From: Candidatus Sulfobium sp.
GTDB taxonomy: Bacteria; Nitrospirota; Thermodesulfovibrionia; Thermodesulfovibrionales; UBA6898
Direction of reading: 5' to 3'
DNA: 52,243 nucleotides
Assembly (NCBI GenBank): GCA_037380845.1
Contig: JARRRI010000004.1
Coordinates: forward strand, 1-52,243
Under the pieces are notes generated by a model that did not search any database, had not been told where the DNA came from, and was given only the letters and a program-made list of their open reading frames with translations. Both the position numbers and the translations under genes were made by a program. This document shows, piece by piece, positions 39,222-49,980 of the stretch; within the stretch, counting starts at the first letter, position 1, and every line of letters starts with the position of its first letter.

Positions 39222-40257
39222 TACGGTCGAAGGGTATGTAAATGGAAAAAGTCGTCCCCTTATCTTTCGCGCTTTTCACTTTGATGATTCCCCCGTGGTC
39301 CTTGATGATCTTTTTTGAAAGGGCGAGACCGATACCGGTACCATGTCTTTTTTTAGTATAGAAGGGGATAAATATCTTTTTCAGGTCCTGCTCGGGGATG
39401 CCTTTGCCCGTGTCCCTGATCGAAATCAGCGCCCACCGTTTAATCCTGCCGCCTTCCCTCACGGATTCTCTTGAGGGACAGGTCGATATCTCGATCTTGC
39501 CCCCCTTTTTCGACGCTTCAGCTGCATTCTTTACTATATTAAGGAAAACCTGCAACAGTTTTGCTTCGTCCCCCCGGACGTTGGGAAGGCTCGGGTCGTA
39601 AGAGCGCTTCAGCGTTATACCCGCCCTGCCGAGAGGTGCCTTCATAATTGAAAGGGCCTTTTCCATTACCTCATGGATATTCACCGGGTTGAACACCGGT
39701 TTCTTGCAGATTGTCAGATAATCCTGGAGGATTGAATTCAGCCTGTCTGTTTCCCGTATAATCAGGTTGACGTACTCGTCCGCCGACTCGTCCCGCTCTT
39801 TCCTCCGGAGAAGCTGTGCAGCCCCCTTTATTCCCCCCAGAGGGTTTTTGATCTCGTGGGCGATGGACCCTAACAGGTAGACAATGGAATCGAAGTCATA
39901 ATCTTCTCTCTCGGCGATGTTTATATTTTCAGAGATAGACATGACGGCGCCCTTTATTCTGTTGTCCTGAAAAAAAGGGGCGAGATTGAAATCCATGCTG
40001 ATTACCCGCCCGATGTTCATGCCGGCCGACCTGCCCCTGAAAGAACGTCCTTCAGATATCGTCTTCTTTATGAGTGAATGAACGGAGTCTTCCACCTGCA
40101 GAACCTGAGAAGGGACTTTGCCCAGAACATCCTTCGAACTCTTTCTGAGAAGTTCTTCGGCTGTCTTGTTCAGGTAAATTATTCTGGTCGTCTTATCAAA
40201 CAGGATTATCGCCTCTTCCAGACTGTTTATTATCGCGTCACAAGAGATCATTCGCAA
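39214..40257 (-). CDS. NtrB-like PAS histidine kinase
   Basis: PAS domain, IAHEIKNPLGGIKGAAQLL, YDPSLP, GTGIGL. Confidence 0.9.
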   Translation of the reverse strand: MRMISCDAIINSLEEAIILFDKTTRIIYLNKTAEELLRKSSKDVLGKVPSQVLQVEDSVHSLIKKTISEGRSFRGRSAGMNIGRVISMDFNLAPFFQDNRIKGAVMSISENINIAEREDYDFDSIVYLLGSIAHEIKNPLGGIKGAAQLLRRKERDESADEYVNLIIRETDRLNSILQDYLTICKKPVFNPVNIHEVMEKALSIMKAPLGRAGITLKRSYDPSLPNVRGDEAKLLQVFLNIVKNAAEASKKGGKIEISTCPSRESVREGGRIKRWALISIRDTGKGIPEQDLKKIFIPFYTKKRHGTGIGLALSKKIIKDHGGIIKVKSAKDKGTTFSIYIPFDRNA

Positions 40258-40427
40258 AAAGGACAGCCGTCACTGTACGGGTAGAGCAATCAGTTTTCTT
40301 AACAGGACGTGTAAGACTTTATCACAGGGAAACGGAATTTTTCAATGCCGTCTCCGGACAACCCGGCGAGATATTTTTGATGGTCTCCATTATTCTTTAT
40401 TATCAAACCGTTCGGGCAAAGATTACG

Positions 40428-40457
40428 TTGACACGCTGTCTGAGAAACTGCTACAAT
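40428..40457 (+). promoter_or_regulatory. sigma70 promoter of rpsU
   Basis: TTGACA-N18-TACAAT. Confidence 0.65.
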
Positions 40458-40493
40458 CTATCCATATTTCAGACAGGGAGGAGTGATAGATGA

Positions 40494-40688
40494 ATGCCCT
40501 CAATTAGGGTGAGGGAAAATGATTCCTTTGAAAATGCGCTGAAGAAGTTCAAGAAACAGTGCGAAAAAGAGGGGATACTTTCCGAGATAAAGAAGAGAGA
40601 GCACTATGACAAACCTAGTGTGAAAAAGAAGAAAAAAGCCATCGCCGCCCGTAAAAAGGCCATGAAAAGAGGCAGGATATCGCGGTAA
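40494..40688 (+). CDS. rpsU: 30S ribosomal protein S21
   Basis: [30 protein letters not shown]. Confidence 0.97.
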   Translation: MPSIRVRENDSFENALKKFKKQCEKEGILSEIKKREHYDKPSVKKKKKAIAARKKAMKRGRISR

Positions 40689-41064
40689 TTCTTACGAACA
40701 GACCGCGGACATCCCGCACAATGCACTAAAGCCGGATCTTATAAGGCCGGCCGGGCCGCGAGTTTCCGCAACACATCAAGACAAGAAGAATTCATTTTCC
40801 GGGGATGGTACCAGACCATCCCCTTCCTTTTTAGTGTCCCGTGATTTTGGAGGCCGCAAATGCGGGTCTTGAGGTGAAATCCTTACCCGCCGTTTCGGCA
40901 GAAGATCCAATTCCTTTACATTGACAACGAAGACAGAACCCTGGCTCGAATCGACCGTGAACATCCGTGTTTGAAATCCTGGTCTCTGAACCCTGCCTGT
41001 GTTCGCCGCTTCGACAATTTCCGATCTCCTTCGTGGTAAAATGAATTTACCTACGGGGAAAGTT

Positions 41065-42724
41065 ATGAAGACTGCCACGCTTCTTGAAGATATAAAGTCG
41101 CGGCTGGACATTGTAGATCTCATATCCGGGTATGTCCAGCTGAAGAAAGCGGGGCAGAACTGGAAGGGGCTTTGTCCTTTCCACTCCGAGAAAACCCCTT
41201 CCTTCATGGTCAGTCAGGCCAAGCAGATGTTCCACTGTTTCGGCTGCGGCGCGGGACATAGTCGCCTTTGTTACAGCCTACGAGAATCTCTCCTTCCCCG
41301 AGGCGGTCAGCCTTCTTGCCAAAAAGGCCGGTGTTGCGCTGCCCGTGTCGGGAAGGGGTGAAAAGAACTTCCGGAGAGAAGAGAAGATACGGAATGCGAT
41401 GCGCGAAGCGGGGACTTTCTTTTCCGGCCAGTTAAGCCGTTCTGCTTCGACAGCCGGCTATCTCAAAAAAAGAGGTATCGACGAGGAGTCCGTTAAGACT
41501 TTTATGCTGGGGTATGCTCCGGCCGGATGGGACAGTCTCCTTAAGTATCTGAGGCAGAGAGGTTACGACGATGAGGTTGTCAAAGACGCGGGCCTGGCCG
41601 TAAAGGGCAGCAGGGGATTATATGACATGTTCAGGCAGCGGCTGATGTTCCCCATCACGAGCGTCAGCGGCGGGACCATCGCCTTTGGGGGGAGGGCACT
41701 GGCAGATGTCAATCCGAAATATATCAATTCTCCCGAGACAGCCGTTTTCAAAAAATCAGATACCCTGTACGGTCTTTCAGCCGCCAGGGATGAGATACGC
41801 CGGCAGAACCGAGTGATGATCGTGGAGGGGTACCTCGACGTCATTATCTGCTATCAGCATGGATTCAGGAACGCCGTTGCGCCGCTCGGGACATCGTTGA
41901 CGGCGGGTCAGCTGAATAAATTGAGACACATGACAGACCGGGCCGTTCTGGTCTTTGACGGGGATGCCGCAGGAATCGCCGCAGCAAAGAGATCGCTGCC
42001 GGTTATCTGCCGGCACAATTTCACCGCCGGTATTCTGGTCCTGCCAGACAACGAAGACCCGGACAGCTATCTCAGGAAGTATGGCAGCGGGTCCTTCCAG
42101 GAATTACTCGGGAAAGCAAAGACTTTGGTTGAATTTATGCTGGGTGTCTCGCGCACCGGAAGAACCGACACGGCGAGAGAAATTCTCATGCTCGTCTCTG
42201 AAGTAAAAGACCTGCTTCTGGCCGACGAAATGCTCATAGAGCTGGCGGACAGGACGAGGATAAACGAGGGGACACTTAGAGAGGAGTTTAGGAGGATCCG
42301 CACCAAACCGGCCAGGCATGACGACAGACGCCCGGCGGAGGAAAGGAGGACGCCGAACAAAGAAGAATATATCCTGCTCAGCGCGGTCATTGCGTTTCCG
42401 GAAAAATCCGGCCATGTATTTTCCGCGCTGGATATCGAGGATCTCACGGACGCTACCGTGCGTTCCCTGTGCAGAAAGATTGCATCACTGCCGGGCAACA
42501 GGGATGTTTCGGGCATTATGGAGGCGGCGGACGAAGGCGAAAGGCGGCTCATATCGAAATTCTCTGTTGATCCGGGGTTTGACCTGGAGCACGTAGACAG
42601 GAATATAGAGGACTGCGTGAGGATGATCAGAAGGCGTAAACTCGACGAGAGGATCCGTGCGGCGGAAATGTCCGGAGACCTCAGGCGTCTCAATGACCTT
42701 ATCACGGAAAAGAAACATTTGTGA
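41065..42724 (+). CDS. dnaG: DNA primase, frameshifted near 41254 in this sequence
   Basis: [11 protein letters not shown]...HCFGCGA in one frame; [18 protein letters not shown]...[23 protein letters not shown] in the +1 frame. Confidence 0.9.
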
Positions 42725-42737
42725 GGGAAGACGGTTT

Positions 42738-44309
42738 ATGAAAGACCGCGACGAATATTTCGAGGATTTTGACGAGCGGCAGTCCCGGCCGGACGACGGG
42801 AATGACGAGGACCGCGGCTCCGGGCCGGAGGACACCGAGGCACGGGACTCGCTGTTCCGTGAGGAAGAGGCGGACCCGATAAGGATCTATCTGAGGGAAA
42901 TGGGTGAGGTGCCGTTGCTGACGAGGGAGGGCGAAATCGAGATAGCCGCCAGGATCGAAGCGGAGAAGGAAAAGGTAGCGAAGGTCGTCTTCTCCCTGCC
43001 TTTTGTGCTGAAGAAACTGGTGGACCTCGGGGAACTGGTCGAGGCGGGGGAAGCACCCCTGGAGGAGATAATAACCCTCGGGGAAGATGAGACGGAAGAA
43101 GAACTGGAAGGGGAGCGGGAGAAGTTTTTCAGTCGCACGGTGAGCATCAGATCACTTTCGCAAAAACGCAGCAGCCTGCTTGCCCGGAGGGAGGACGCCG
43201 GCGGTTCGGTCCGCAAGGAGATCGGCGATGAGCTTTCAAAAAACATGGACCTGATATACGCGGACTTGCGTCAGATAGGTTTGAAGGACGAGGTCGTGTC
43301 TGCTTTTTCGGATGAGATCAGAAAGGCGCTGGGCGAGACGGCCCGGTTGCGTTCGCAAATCTGCTCCGTCCTGAGAAAGGCGAAATCTCTCGGAGTCGAC
43401 GTTGAATGTCTGCACAGTGCCGCGGAGAAAGCCGGGGACCTGGATCCGGAAATATCGGATCTGCGGACGGCATATGCTGAATATAAGGCCGGCATCGCCG
43501 AAGAAGAAAAGGCAGTGGGCATGAACTACCATGAACTTCGAAGGGCAGTGACGACTCTCGACGAGGGAGAGAGGAGGATCAGGGAGGCCAAGAACGAGCT
43601 GATAGAGGCCAATCTGAGGCTGGTCATCAGTATAGTCAAAAAATATCTCGGAAGGGGACTTGGGTTTTCCGATTTGATCCAGGAAGGAAACGTGGGACTT
43701 ATGAGGGCGGTGGACAAATTTGATTACAGAAGGGGATACAAGTTCAGCACCTATGCTACATGGTGGATAAAACAGGCGATTTCCAGGGCCATCGCCGAAC
43801 AGTCCAAGACCATAAGGATCCCGGTCCACATGTCCGAAGCAGTCGGCATGATGGCAAAGGCGATGAGAGAGTTTGTACAGGATAACGGGAGGGAGCCTTC
43901 CCCGGAAGAGATAGCCGGCAGACTGAATGTATCTGTCGAAAAAATCAGGACACTGCTGCGGATATCGAGAGAGCCCATCTCTCTTGAAACGCCTGTGGGT
44001 GAGGACGAGGACAGCCATATAAGCGACTTTATCGAGGACAAATCGACCCTGTCACCCCTTGATGTTGCAATGCAGGACGATATGAAACGTCAGATTGAAA
44101 AGGCTCTGGATTCACTGACCGAAAGGGAAAGGAATATCCTGAAGAGAAGGTTCGGTCTCGGGGAAGAAGCCCCTCATACCCTTGAAGAGGTCGGCCAGGA
44201 GCTTGATGTTACGCGCGAGAGGGTGCGGCAGATAGAGGTGAAGGCGATACGGAAACTGCGGCATCCTTCGAGAAGCAAATGGCTCAGGGCTTTCGTCGAG
44301 AGGCCTTGA
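42738..44309 (+). CDS. rpoD: Primary RNA polymerase sigma-70 factor
   Basis: [47 protein letters not shown]; follows dnaG. Confidence 0.93.
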   Translation: MKDRDEYFEDFDERQSRPDDGNDEDRGSGPEDTEARDSLFREEEADPIRIYLREMGEVPLLTREGEIEIAARIEAEKEKVAKVVFSLPFVLKKLVDLGELVEAGEAPLEEIITLGEDETEEELEGEREKFFSRTVSIRSLSQKRSSLLARREDAGGSVRKEIGDELSKNMDLIYADLRQIGLKDEVVSAFSDEIRKALGETARLRSQICSVLRKAKSLGVDVECLHSAAEKAGDLDPEISDLRTAYAEYKAGIAEEEKAVGMNYHELRRAVTTLDEGERRIREAKNELIEANLRLVISIVKKYLGRGLGFSDLIQEGNVGLMRAVDKFDYRRGYKFSTYATWWIKQAISRAIAEQSKTIRIPVHMSEAVGMMAKAMREFVQDNGREPSPEEIAGRLNVSVEKIRTLLRISREPISLETPVGEDEDSHISDFIEDKSTLSPLDVAMQDDMKRQIEKALDSLTERERNILKRRFGLGEEAPHTLEEVGQELDVTRERVRQIEVKAIRKLRHPSRSKWLRAFVERP

Positions 44310-44463
44310 TCGCGGTTACAACGAAAGGGTAAGTTCACAAGGGGTATGGTTGAATGGTTGTCGGGGAATCCGGTATTCCCGTCCGGATGCTCCGGTCAGG
44401 CCGGAGTGCGACGGCATCTGAAAATGATCGTTTATTGATCTGCTGCTGACAGTAACTGTCAGG

Positions 44464-44493
44464 TTGACTTATGGTCGCGCCGGGAATTATAGT
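44464..44493 (+). promoter_or_regulatory. sigma70 promoter upstream of the tRNA
   Basis: TTGACT-N18-TATAGT. Confidence 0.6.
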
Positions 44494-44540
44494 AACAAGT
44501 TGCGGACGTTGCAGGACCGGCGCCCGTCATTTTTTCCTCA

Positions 44541-44616
44541 GGGCCCATAGCTCAGCTGGTAGAGCTACCGGCTCATAACCGGTTGGTCCCAGGTTCGAGT
44601 CCTGGTGGGCCCACCA
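44541..44616 (+). tRNA. tRNA with CAT anticodon, most likely tRNA-Ile2 (lysidine)
   Basis: 76-nt cloverleaf GGGCCCA...TGGGCCC-ACCA, anticodon CAT at 44574-44576, paired 1-72 (so not initiator); sits downstream of rpoD like ileX. Confidence 0.93.
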
Positions 44617-44633
44617 ATTCTCTGGAGGAACTG

Positions 44634-45341
44634 GTGAATAACGTCATCAAACTTCTGATGGAATTACAGGAGATGGATTCGAGAATCCTCCAGAAACGGG
44701 TGTTTGTCGACAAGGTGCCCCAAAGGATTCACGAGGTCGACGAACCGCTGAAGCTTGCGAGGCAGGAACTGGATAAGATCAGGCAGAAAAGTGAAGGTCT
44801 TGCCGGGAAGAGGCGTGAAAAGGAAAAGATCCTCGATGAGCTCAATGAAAAAATCGGAAAGATGAAGTCCCGCGTTTCGGATATCAAGACCAACAAGGAA
44901 TATCAGGCGCACCTGAAGGAAATAGAGTCTTTTGAAAAAGAAGTTTCGGGCATTGAAGAAGAAGTCCTTGTGATAATGGAAGACCTTGACAGCGTGGTGA
45001 AAGAGCAGCAGGAAAAGGAAGAAAGGGTGAACGAGGAGGTAGAAAGGATCAACGCCTTCAAGACGGAGCTGGACAGGGAAGTGGAGAGGTACGAAAAAGA
45101 ATTGTCGTCGCTCAAGGAGCAGAGGGCGGCGGTAGTGAATTCCCTTCCTGCTGAAGTATACTCCAGGTACATGTCCCTTATTAGTTCGGGCAACGGCGTC
45201 GCCGTGACAGAGGCCCGGAATGAGATTTGCCTTGGCTGCAACATGAACATACCGCCGCAGCTGTTTGTAGAGATCAGAAAGAACGAGGAGTTGATCCAGT
45301 GTCCCCAGTGCAGGCGTATACTGTATTACTCCGAAGAGTGA
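44634..45341 (+). CDS. C4 zinc-ribbon coiled-coil protein (DUF164/CT398-like)
   Basis: LMELQEMD, long coiled coil, CLGCNM...CPQCRRILY; GTG start after GGAGG. Confidence 0.9.
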   Translation: MNNVIKLLMELQEMDSRILQKRVFVDKVPQRIHEVDEPLKLARQELDKIRQKSEGLAGKRREKEKILDELNEKIGKMKSRVSDIKTNKEYQAHLKEIESFEKEVSGIEEEVLVIMEDLDSVVKEQQEKEERVNEEVERINAFKTELDREVERYEKELSSLKEQRAAVVNSLPAEVYSRYMSLISSGNGVAVTEARNEICLGCNMNIPPQLFVEIRKNEELIQCPQCRRILYYSEE

Positions 45342-45494
45342 CGCCTTAAAATCCGTAGTGTCGGTTTGAAATTCCTGCAACGGTTCAGGTTTGCGAAAAA
45401 GGTCGCGTGATTGTCAGATGTTGACCCACTGGCTAAAATCCTTCCCTCTTTTTTTAATTTCAGGAAATGTTATATAATAATTAAATTTTGTTAT

Positions 45495-45919
45495 AGGCCG
45501 AAGCAGAACATGTGGTTGCCCGACCGGCTTAAGCCGGTTGGGAGGAAAGTCCGAGCTCCGCAGGGCAAGGCGCTCCGTAATACGGAGTCCCGGCAACGGG
45601 AAGGAAAGTGCCACAGAAAGGGAAACCACCCCGCATGGTCGGGGAAAGGGTGAAAAGGTGTCCCGATTTATCGGGATCCGCCCTGCAAGGGGCGGAAGGT
45701 AAGAGCTCACCAGTGTCCCGGGCGACCGGAACAGCTTGGTAAACCCCGCCTGGAGCAAGGCCAAATAGGTTCCGCTTTGAAAAGGGCCCCTTTGAGTCCC
45801 TGTTCATCAGGGAGGCGGAACGGGTAAGGCCGCAAGATCCCGGCCGTAAGGCCGGGACCAGATGAATGACCACACCTCGGCAACGGGGACAGAACTCGGC
45901 TTATGGACTGCTTCGGCCT
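45495..45919 (+). ncRNA. rnpB: RNase P RNA (type A)
   Basis: GAGGAAAGTCC, GAAAGTGCCACAGAAA, GGTAAACCCC, GGAGCAAG, ACAGAACTCGGCTTA; P1 formed by AGGCCGAAGCAG/CTGCTTCGGCCT. Confidence 0.96.
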
Positions 45920-45943
45920 GATTAACAGGCCCGAAAGGGATAC

Positions 45944-46852
45944 ATGGAAGATCACAAACTAAAGGTTTTCTGTACTGTTGCTGAGACCAGGAGCTTCTCC
46001 AAGACATCCGAGATTATCCACCTCACCCAGCCCGCAGTGAGCCTCCAGATACAGGGGCTCGAAGAGATTTACGAGACAAAGCTTTTTGACAGATCGAGCA
46101 GTACCGTTACACTGACGCCGGCGGGGGAGGCGCTGTACAAGTATGCAAAGGAGATACTTACCCTTTACGCTTCGGCCGAGAAGGTTATCGGTGATATTAC
46201 CGGCCTGGTGAAAGGGAGCATAGGCATAGGTGCAAGCTCCACGATAGGCAATTATCTCCTCCCCGGGGTGATAACCGATTTCAAGAAGGCCCACCTGAAG
46301 ATAAAGATCCATCTCCTGGTGGGGAACACCAAGCGGGTGGTGGAGCTCCTCAATTCAGGCAATATCGACCTTGGGCTTGTCGAAGGAGAGGTTGCTAGGC
46401 AGAAGATGTTTGTCGAGAAGCTGATTCCCGATGAGCTGCTTCTGGTCGTTCCCTCCCACCACCCTTGGACGAAGAAAAAGGACGTATCCATAAGTGAACT
46501 TACCAAGGAGCCTTTCATATTCAGGGAAGGCGGGTCCGGTACGAGGCAGATGATAGAAAAGTTTCTGGCCCGCCACGGCATCTCGCCGCAGGATATGAGG
46601 GTATCGATGGTCCTGGGTAGTACGGAAGCGATCAAGGAGGCGGTGGAGAACGGGCTCGGGGTATCGATAATCTCCCGATGGGCGGCGAGGAAGGAAAGTA
46701 AATACGGGAGCCTTCACCTCCTCAGGATAAAGGAAGAGAAGGTCCTGAGGGAGTTTTCACTCATTCTGAACAAAAACGCGGTGTCTTCTCATGCCGTTGA
46801 CGAATTCCTTACGTACCTGAAGTCGTACCCTTTTCAGAAGCTGCTGGTCTGA
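45944..46852 (+). CDS. LysR-family regulator (CysL-like)
   Basis: LTQPAVSLQI HTH, GASSTIGNY, REGGSGTR, LGSTEAIKEAVE. Confidence 0.92.
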   Translation: MEDHKLKVFCTVAETRSFSKTSEIIHLTQPAVSLQIQGLEEIYETKLFDRSSSTVTLTPAGEALYKYAKEILTLYASAEKVIGDITGLVKGSIGIGASSTIGNYLLPGVITDFKKAHLKIKIHLLVGNTKRVVELLNSGNIDLGLVEGEVARQKMFVEKLIPDELLLVVPSHHPWTKKKDVSISELTKEPFIFREGGSGTRQMIEKFLARHGISPQDMRVSMVLGSTEAIKEAVENGLGVSIISRWAARKESKYGSLHLLRIKEEKVLREFSLILNKNAVSSHAVDEFLTYLKSYPFQKLLV

Positions 46853-46908
46853 AGGCCGGCCACTCGGCGTGCCTGCAAGCCTGTCATTGGCGACTCGCCA
46901 CCCCCAAG

Positions 46909-47042
46909 ATGCTGAAAAAGTCTCACGACCGTGCCCAATTTCTGTCGTACCGGCGGAGGCGGATATCCAAACTACCCGGAATGATTGGATTCCGGCATGC
47001 ACGGCAGTGACGAAAAGAGGTTGAAAGCACTTTTTTCAGTGC
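46909..47042. mobile_element. Degenerate MITE-like element enclosing a REP-like doublet
   Basis: ATGCTGAAAAAGT...ACTTTTTTCAGTGC ends resemble the element at 28633; internal GGATTCCGGCATGCACGGCAGTGAC. Confidence 0.5.
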
Positions 47043-47093
47043 CCGGCAGGAAGTGGTCATTTCGACTCGGCAAGCACCCCGTTATTTCGCCTT

Positions 47094-47122
47094 TTGACAA
47101 ATGACGCCGCAATATATATAGT
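47094..47122 (+). promoter_or_regulatory. sigma70 promoter of rdgB
   Basis: TTGACA-N17-TATAGT. Confidence 0.7.
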
Positions 47123-47142
47123 TATTATTCAGGATCTTCCAT

Positions 47143-47733
47143 ATGACCATAGTCCTTGCCACTCGAAACAAAAATAAGGTTGAAGAGCTGAGGCGTATAT
47201 TCGCCGGTTGCGATATCGGCTTTGTAACGCTCGATGCGTTCCCCGGATGTCCGGACGTGGAGGAAGACGGCAAGACGTTCCGGGCGAACGCCGTTAAGAA
47301 GGCCCTTCACGCAGCCCGTTTCACCGGGTGCCCCGCAGTCGCCGATGACTCGGGGCTTGAAGTCAGCGCACTCGGCGGTGCTCCGGGCGTGTTCTCGGCC
47401 AGATATGCCGGTAAAGAGGCCGGTGACAGGGAGAACCTGGCAAAGCTGATGAAGGAGATGAGAAGGGTAGGGGAGGGGCAGCGACTGGCGAGGTTTGTAT
47501 GTTGCATCGCTTTTGCCCTGCCGGACGGTCAGGTCAAGACCTTCAGAGGATATGTGAAGGGCAGGATAGGAAAGAGGAGAAGAGGGGCGAACGGGTTCGG
47601 GTATGACCCCGTCTTTTATCCCCTGGGACATGACAGGACTTTTGCCGAGATGACAGACTCCGAGAAGGACGAACTGAGTCACAGAGGAAAGGCCATGAGA
47701 AAATTCTACCTTTTTTTGAAGGATGTCCTGTAA
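47143..47733 (+). CDS. rdgB: Non-canonical purine NTP pyrophosphatase (XTP/dITP diphosphatase)
   Basis: ATRNKNKVEE, ADDSGLEV, GFGYDPVF, SHRGKA. Confidence 0.96.
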   Translation: MTIVLATRNKNKVEELRRIFAGCDIGFVTLDAFPGCPDVEEDGKTFRANAVKKALHAARFTGCPAVADDSGLEVSALGGAPGVFSARYAGKEAGDRENLAKLMKEMRRVGEGQRLARFVCCIAFALPDGQVKTFRGYVKGRIGKRRRGANGFGYDPVFYPLGHDRTFAEMTDSEKDELSHRGKAMRKFYLFLKDVL

Positions 47734-48142
47734 ATACATATTATCAACCATAAAGTTTATTAAGCTATCTTCCGCCCCGCCGTCGTCCGTCGGCCAGTTT
47801 TAGGCGACTTTATAATCCAAAAATCAGAATAATAAGTAAATTTTATTTAGCCATCAGAAATATGAATTTGACTTAAAAAATTGATGGGGCTTATAGTTAT
47901 AAGGTTTTGGAAGTTTATCGCTCCTATAAGTGATTTTTATTTTTAGTGGGAATCAGTCTGGTTTAATCGGGAAGATTTGAAGATTCAGCAGGGAGTTAAG
48001 AGGAAGGTATGACTGGACGCACCTCCCTTACGACGGCCTTTGCAAAAATCGGTAGAACGGAAAAATGAAGGAAATCACTATTGCTGGACCGTCTGGATCC
48101 GAGAGTCAAGTCAGAATAAATTCATAAACAGGAGGAACACCA

Positions 48143-49345
48143 ATGGCTTTAGTAAATCCGCATGGAAAAGAGAAGAAATTAAAACCTCTTCTGCTGACGG
48201 GCGCAGAGCTTGAGTCGGAGAAAAAGAAGGCTGAAGGTCTCAAGAAGATCAAGATATCGTCCCGCGAGACCGGGGACCTTATCATGATGGGAATAGGAGG
48301 ATTTACCCCGCTTGAAGGCTTCATGACCTACGAGGACTGGAAGGACGTCTGTGCCGATTACAAGATGGCCGATGGTACCTTCTGGCCGATTCCGATAACT
48401 GTTTCTACCGATGATGACGTGAAGGTCGGCGAAGAGATCGCTCTTTTCTCGGAGGAGTTCGGCGAGATCATGGCCACCATGAAGGTCACCGAGACATACA
48501 AGATCGACAAGGAATATGAGTGCAAGCAGGTTTACAAGACTACAGATCTGGAGCACCCCGGTGTGAAAATGGTCATGGACCAGGCGGGGACGAACCTCGC
48601 GGGCCCCGTGAAGGTACTAAGCGAGGGGAACTTCCCGAAGGATTATCCTGAGATCTACCTTACACCGGCCCAGTCAAGACATCTCTTCCTGGAGAAGGGC
48701 TGGAATACCGTTGCGGCCTTCCAGACCAGAAACCCCATGCACCGTTCCCACGAGTACCTCTGCAAAATAGCCATTGAGACCCTTGACGGCGTGTTTGTCC
48801 ATATGCTCCTGGGAAAGCTGAAGCCGGGCGACATACCTTCGGACGTGAGACAAAAGGCCATCGATACGCTCAATGAGAAGTACTTCGTAAAAGACACTAT
48901 CGTTGTCGGCGGTTATCCGCTGGATATGAGATACGCGGGACCGAGAGAGGCCCTGCTCCACGCAGTCTTCAGGCAGAATTACGGCTGCAGCCACCTAATC
49001 GTGGGAAGAGACCATGCAGGTGTGGGAGAGTATTACGGACCCTTTGACGCGCAGAAGATATTCGAGGAGATCCCGGAGGACGCCCTTGAGACGAAGCCCC
49101 TGAAGATCGACTGGACGTTCTACTGCACTAAATGCGACGGAATGGCATCCATGAGGACCTGCCCTCACGGCAAGGAAGACAGGCTTCTCCTCAGTGGAAC
49201 GAAACTCCGCAAGATGCTTTCGGAAGGAACGGATGTGCCCGACCACTTCAGCAGGCCCGAGGTCCTGGCAATCCTGCGCAATTACTATGAAGGTCTTACC
49301 GAAAAGGTCGAAATTAAAACACATAAATATTCTGAAGGTGCTTAA
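48143..49345 (+). CDS. sat: Dissimilatory sulfate adenylyltransferase
   Basis: [40 protein letters not shown]. Confidence 0.98.
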   Translation: MALVNPHGKEKKLKPLLLTGAELESEKKKAEGLKKIKISSRETGDLIMMGIGGFTPLEGFMTYEDWKDVCADYKMADGTFWPIPITVSTDDDVKVGEEIALFSEEFGEIMATMKVTETYKIDKEYECKQVYKTTDLEHPGVKMVMDQAGTNLAGPVKVLSEGNFPKDYPEIYLTPAQSRHLFLEKGWNTVAAFQTRNPMHRSHEYLCKIAIETLDGVFVHMLLGKLKPGDIPSDVRQKAIDTLNEKYFVKDTIVVGGYPLDMRYAGPREALLHAVFRQNYGCSHLIVGRDHAGVGEYYGPFDAQKIFEEIPEDALETKPLKIDWTFYCTKCDGMASMRTCPHGKEDRLLLSGTKLRKMLSEGTDVPDHFSRPEVLAILRNYYEGLTEKVEIKTHKYSEGA

Positions 49346-49499
49346 AATTTTACCGGATAATGCAACAGGCGGCTAAAGGGAACCCCAATGGCCGCCTCTT
49401 GCTTCGCTGAAACGAGAGGGGGTGAAGTCAGGGAAGTACAGGAAGCAGCTTCAAGAGAATGCTGTAAGTTAAACATTTTATTAAACAGGAGGTTTAGAG

Positions 49500-49946
49500 A
49501 TGCCAAGTTTTGTGGACCCATCAAAATGCGATGGCTGCAAGGGCGGTGAGAAGACTGCATGTATGTATATCTGCCCGAGCGACTTAATGGTCTTGAATGT
49601 CGAGAGCATGAAGGCTTACAACCAGGAGCCTGATCAGTGCTGGGAATGCTATTCCTGTGTTAAGATTTGCCCCCAGGGCGCGATATCTGTAAGGGCCTAT
49701 TCCGATATCGTTCCCCTCGGCGGTGTCGTGCAGCCGATGATGAGTTCGGACTCCATCATGTGGACGATCCAGTTCAGAAACGGCAACCTGCAGCGCTTCA
49801 AATTCCCGATCAGGACGACGCCAGAAGGTTCTATCGACCCGAAAAACGATGCTCACAAGGGAAAGGACCTCGCTACCGAGAGACTCTCCGATGAAGAGAT
49901 CGACAACGTAGAGCTCAAGAGGCCGATTGCCATCCACGGCAAGTAA
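49500..49946 (+). CDS. aprB: Adenylylsulfate reductase beta subunit
   Basis: MPSFVDPSKCDGCKG, CWECYSCVKICP, FKFPIRTTPEG. Confidence 0.98.
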   Translation: MPSFVDPSKCDGCKGGEKTACMYICPSDLMVLNVESMKAYNQEPDQCWECYSCVKICPQGAISVRAYSDIVPLGGVVQPMMSSDSIMWTIQFRNGNLQRFKFPIRTTPEGSIDPKNDAHKGKDLATERLSDEEIDNVELKRPIAIHGK

Positions 49947-49980
49947 TTGACAAAAAAATCAAAACAGGAGGAATAGAGAC

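Noticed and set aside
40689..41064. Possible 6S RNA or other ncRNA between rpsU and dnaG
   Set aside because: I could not find the long self-complementary rod; an Rfam scan would be needed.
44583..44633. N-terminal extension of the Zn-ribbon ORF
   Set aside because: It overlaps the tRNA; the real start is GTG 44634 after GGAGG.
44541..44700. Prophage or island integrated at the tRNA
   Set aside because: No integrase and no duplicated tRNA 3' end; the neighbours are housekeeping genes.
45411..46007. Small ORFs over 45.4-46.0 kb
   Set aside because: They lie over the RNase P RNA gene.
47734..48142. Rex operator upstream of sat
   Set aside because: No convincing TTGTGAA-N4-TTCACAA match seen.
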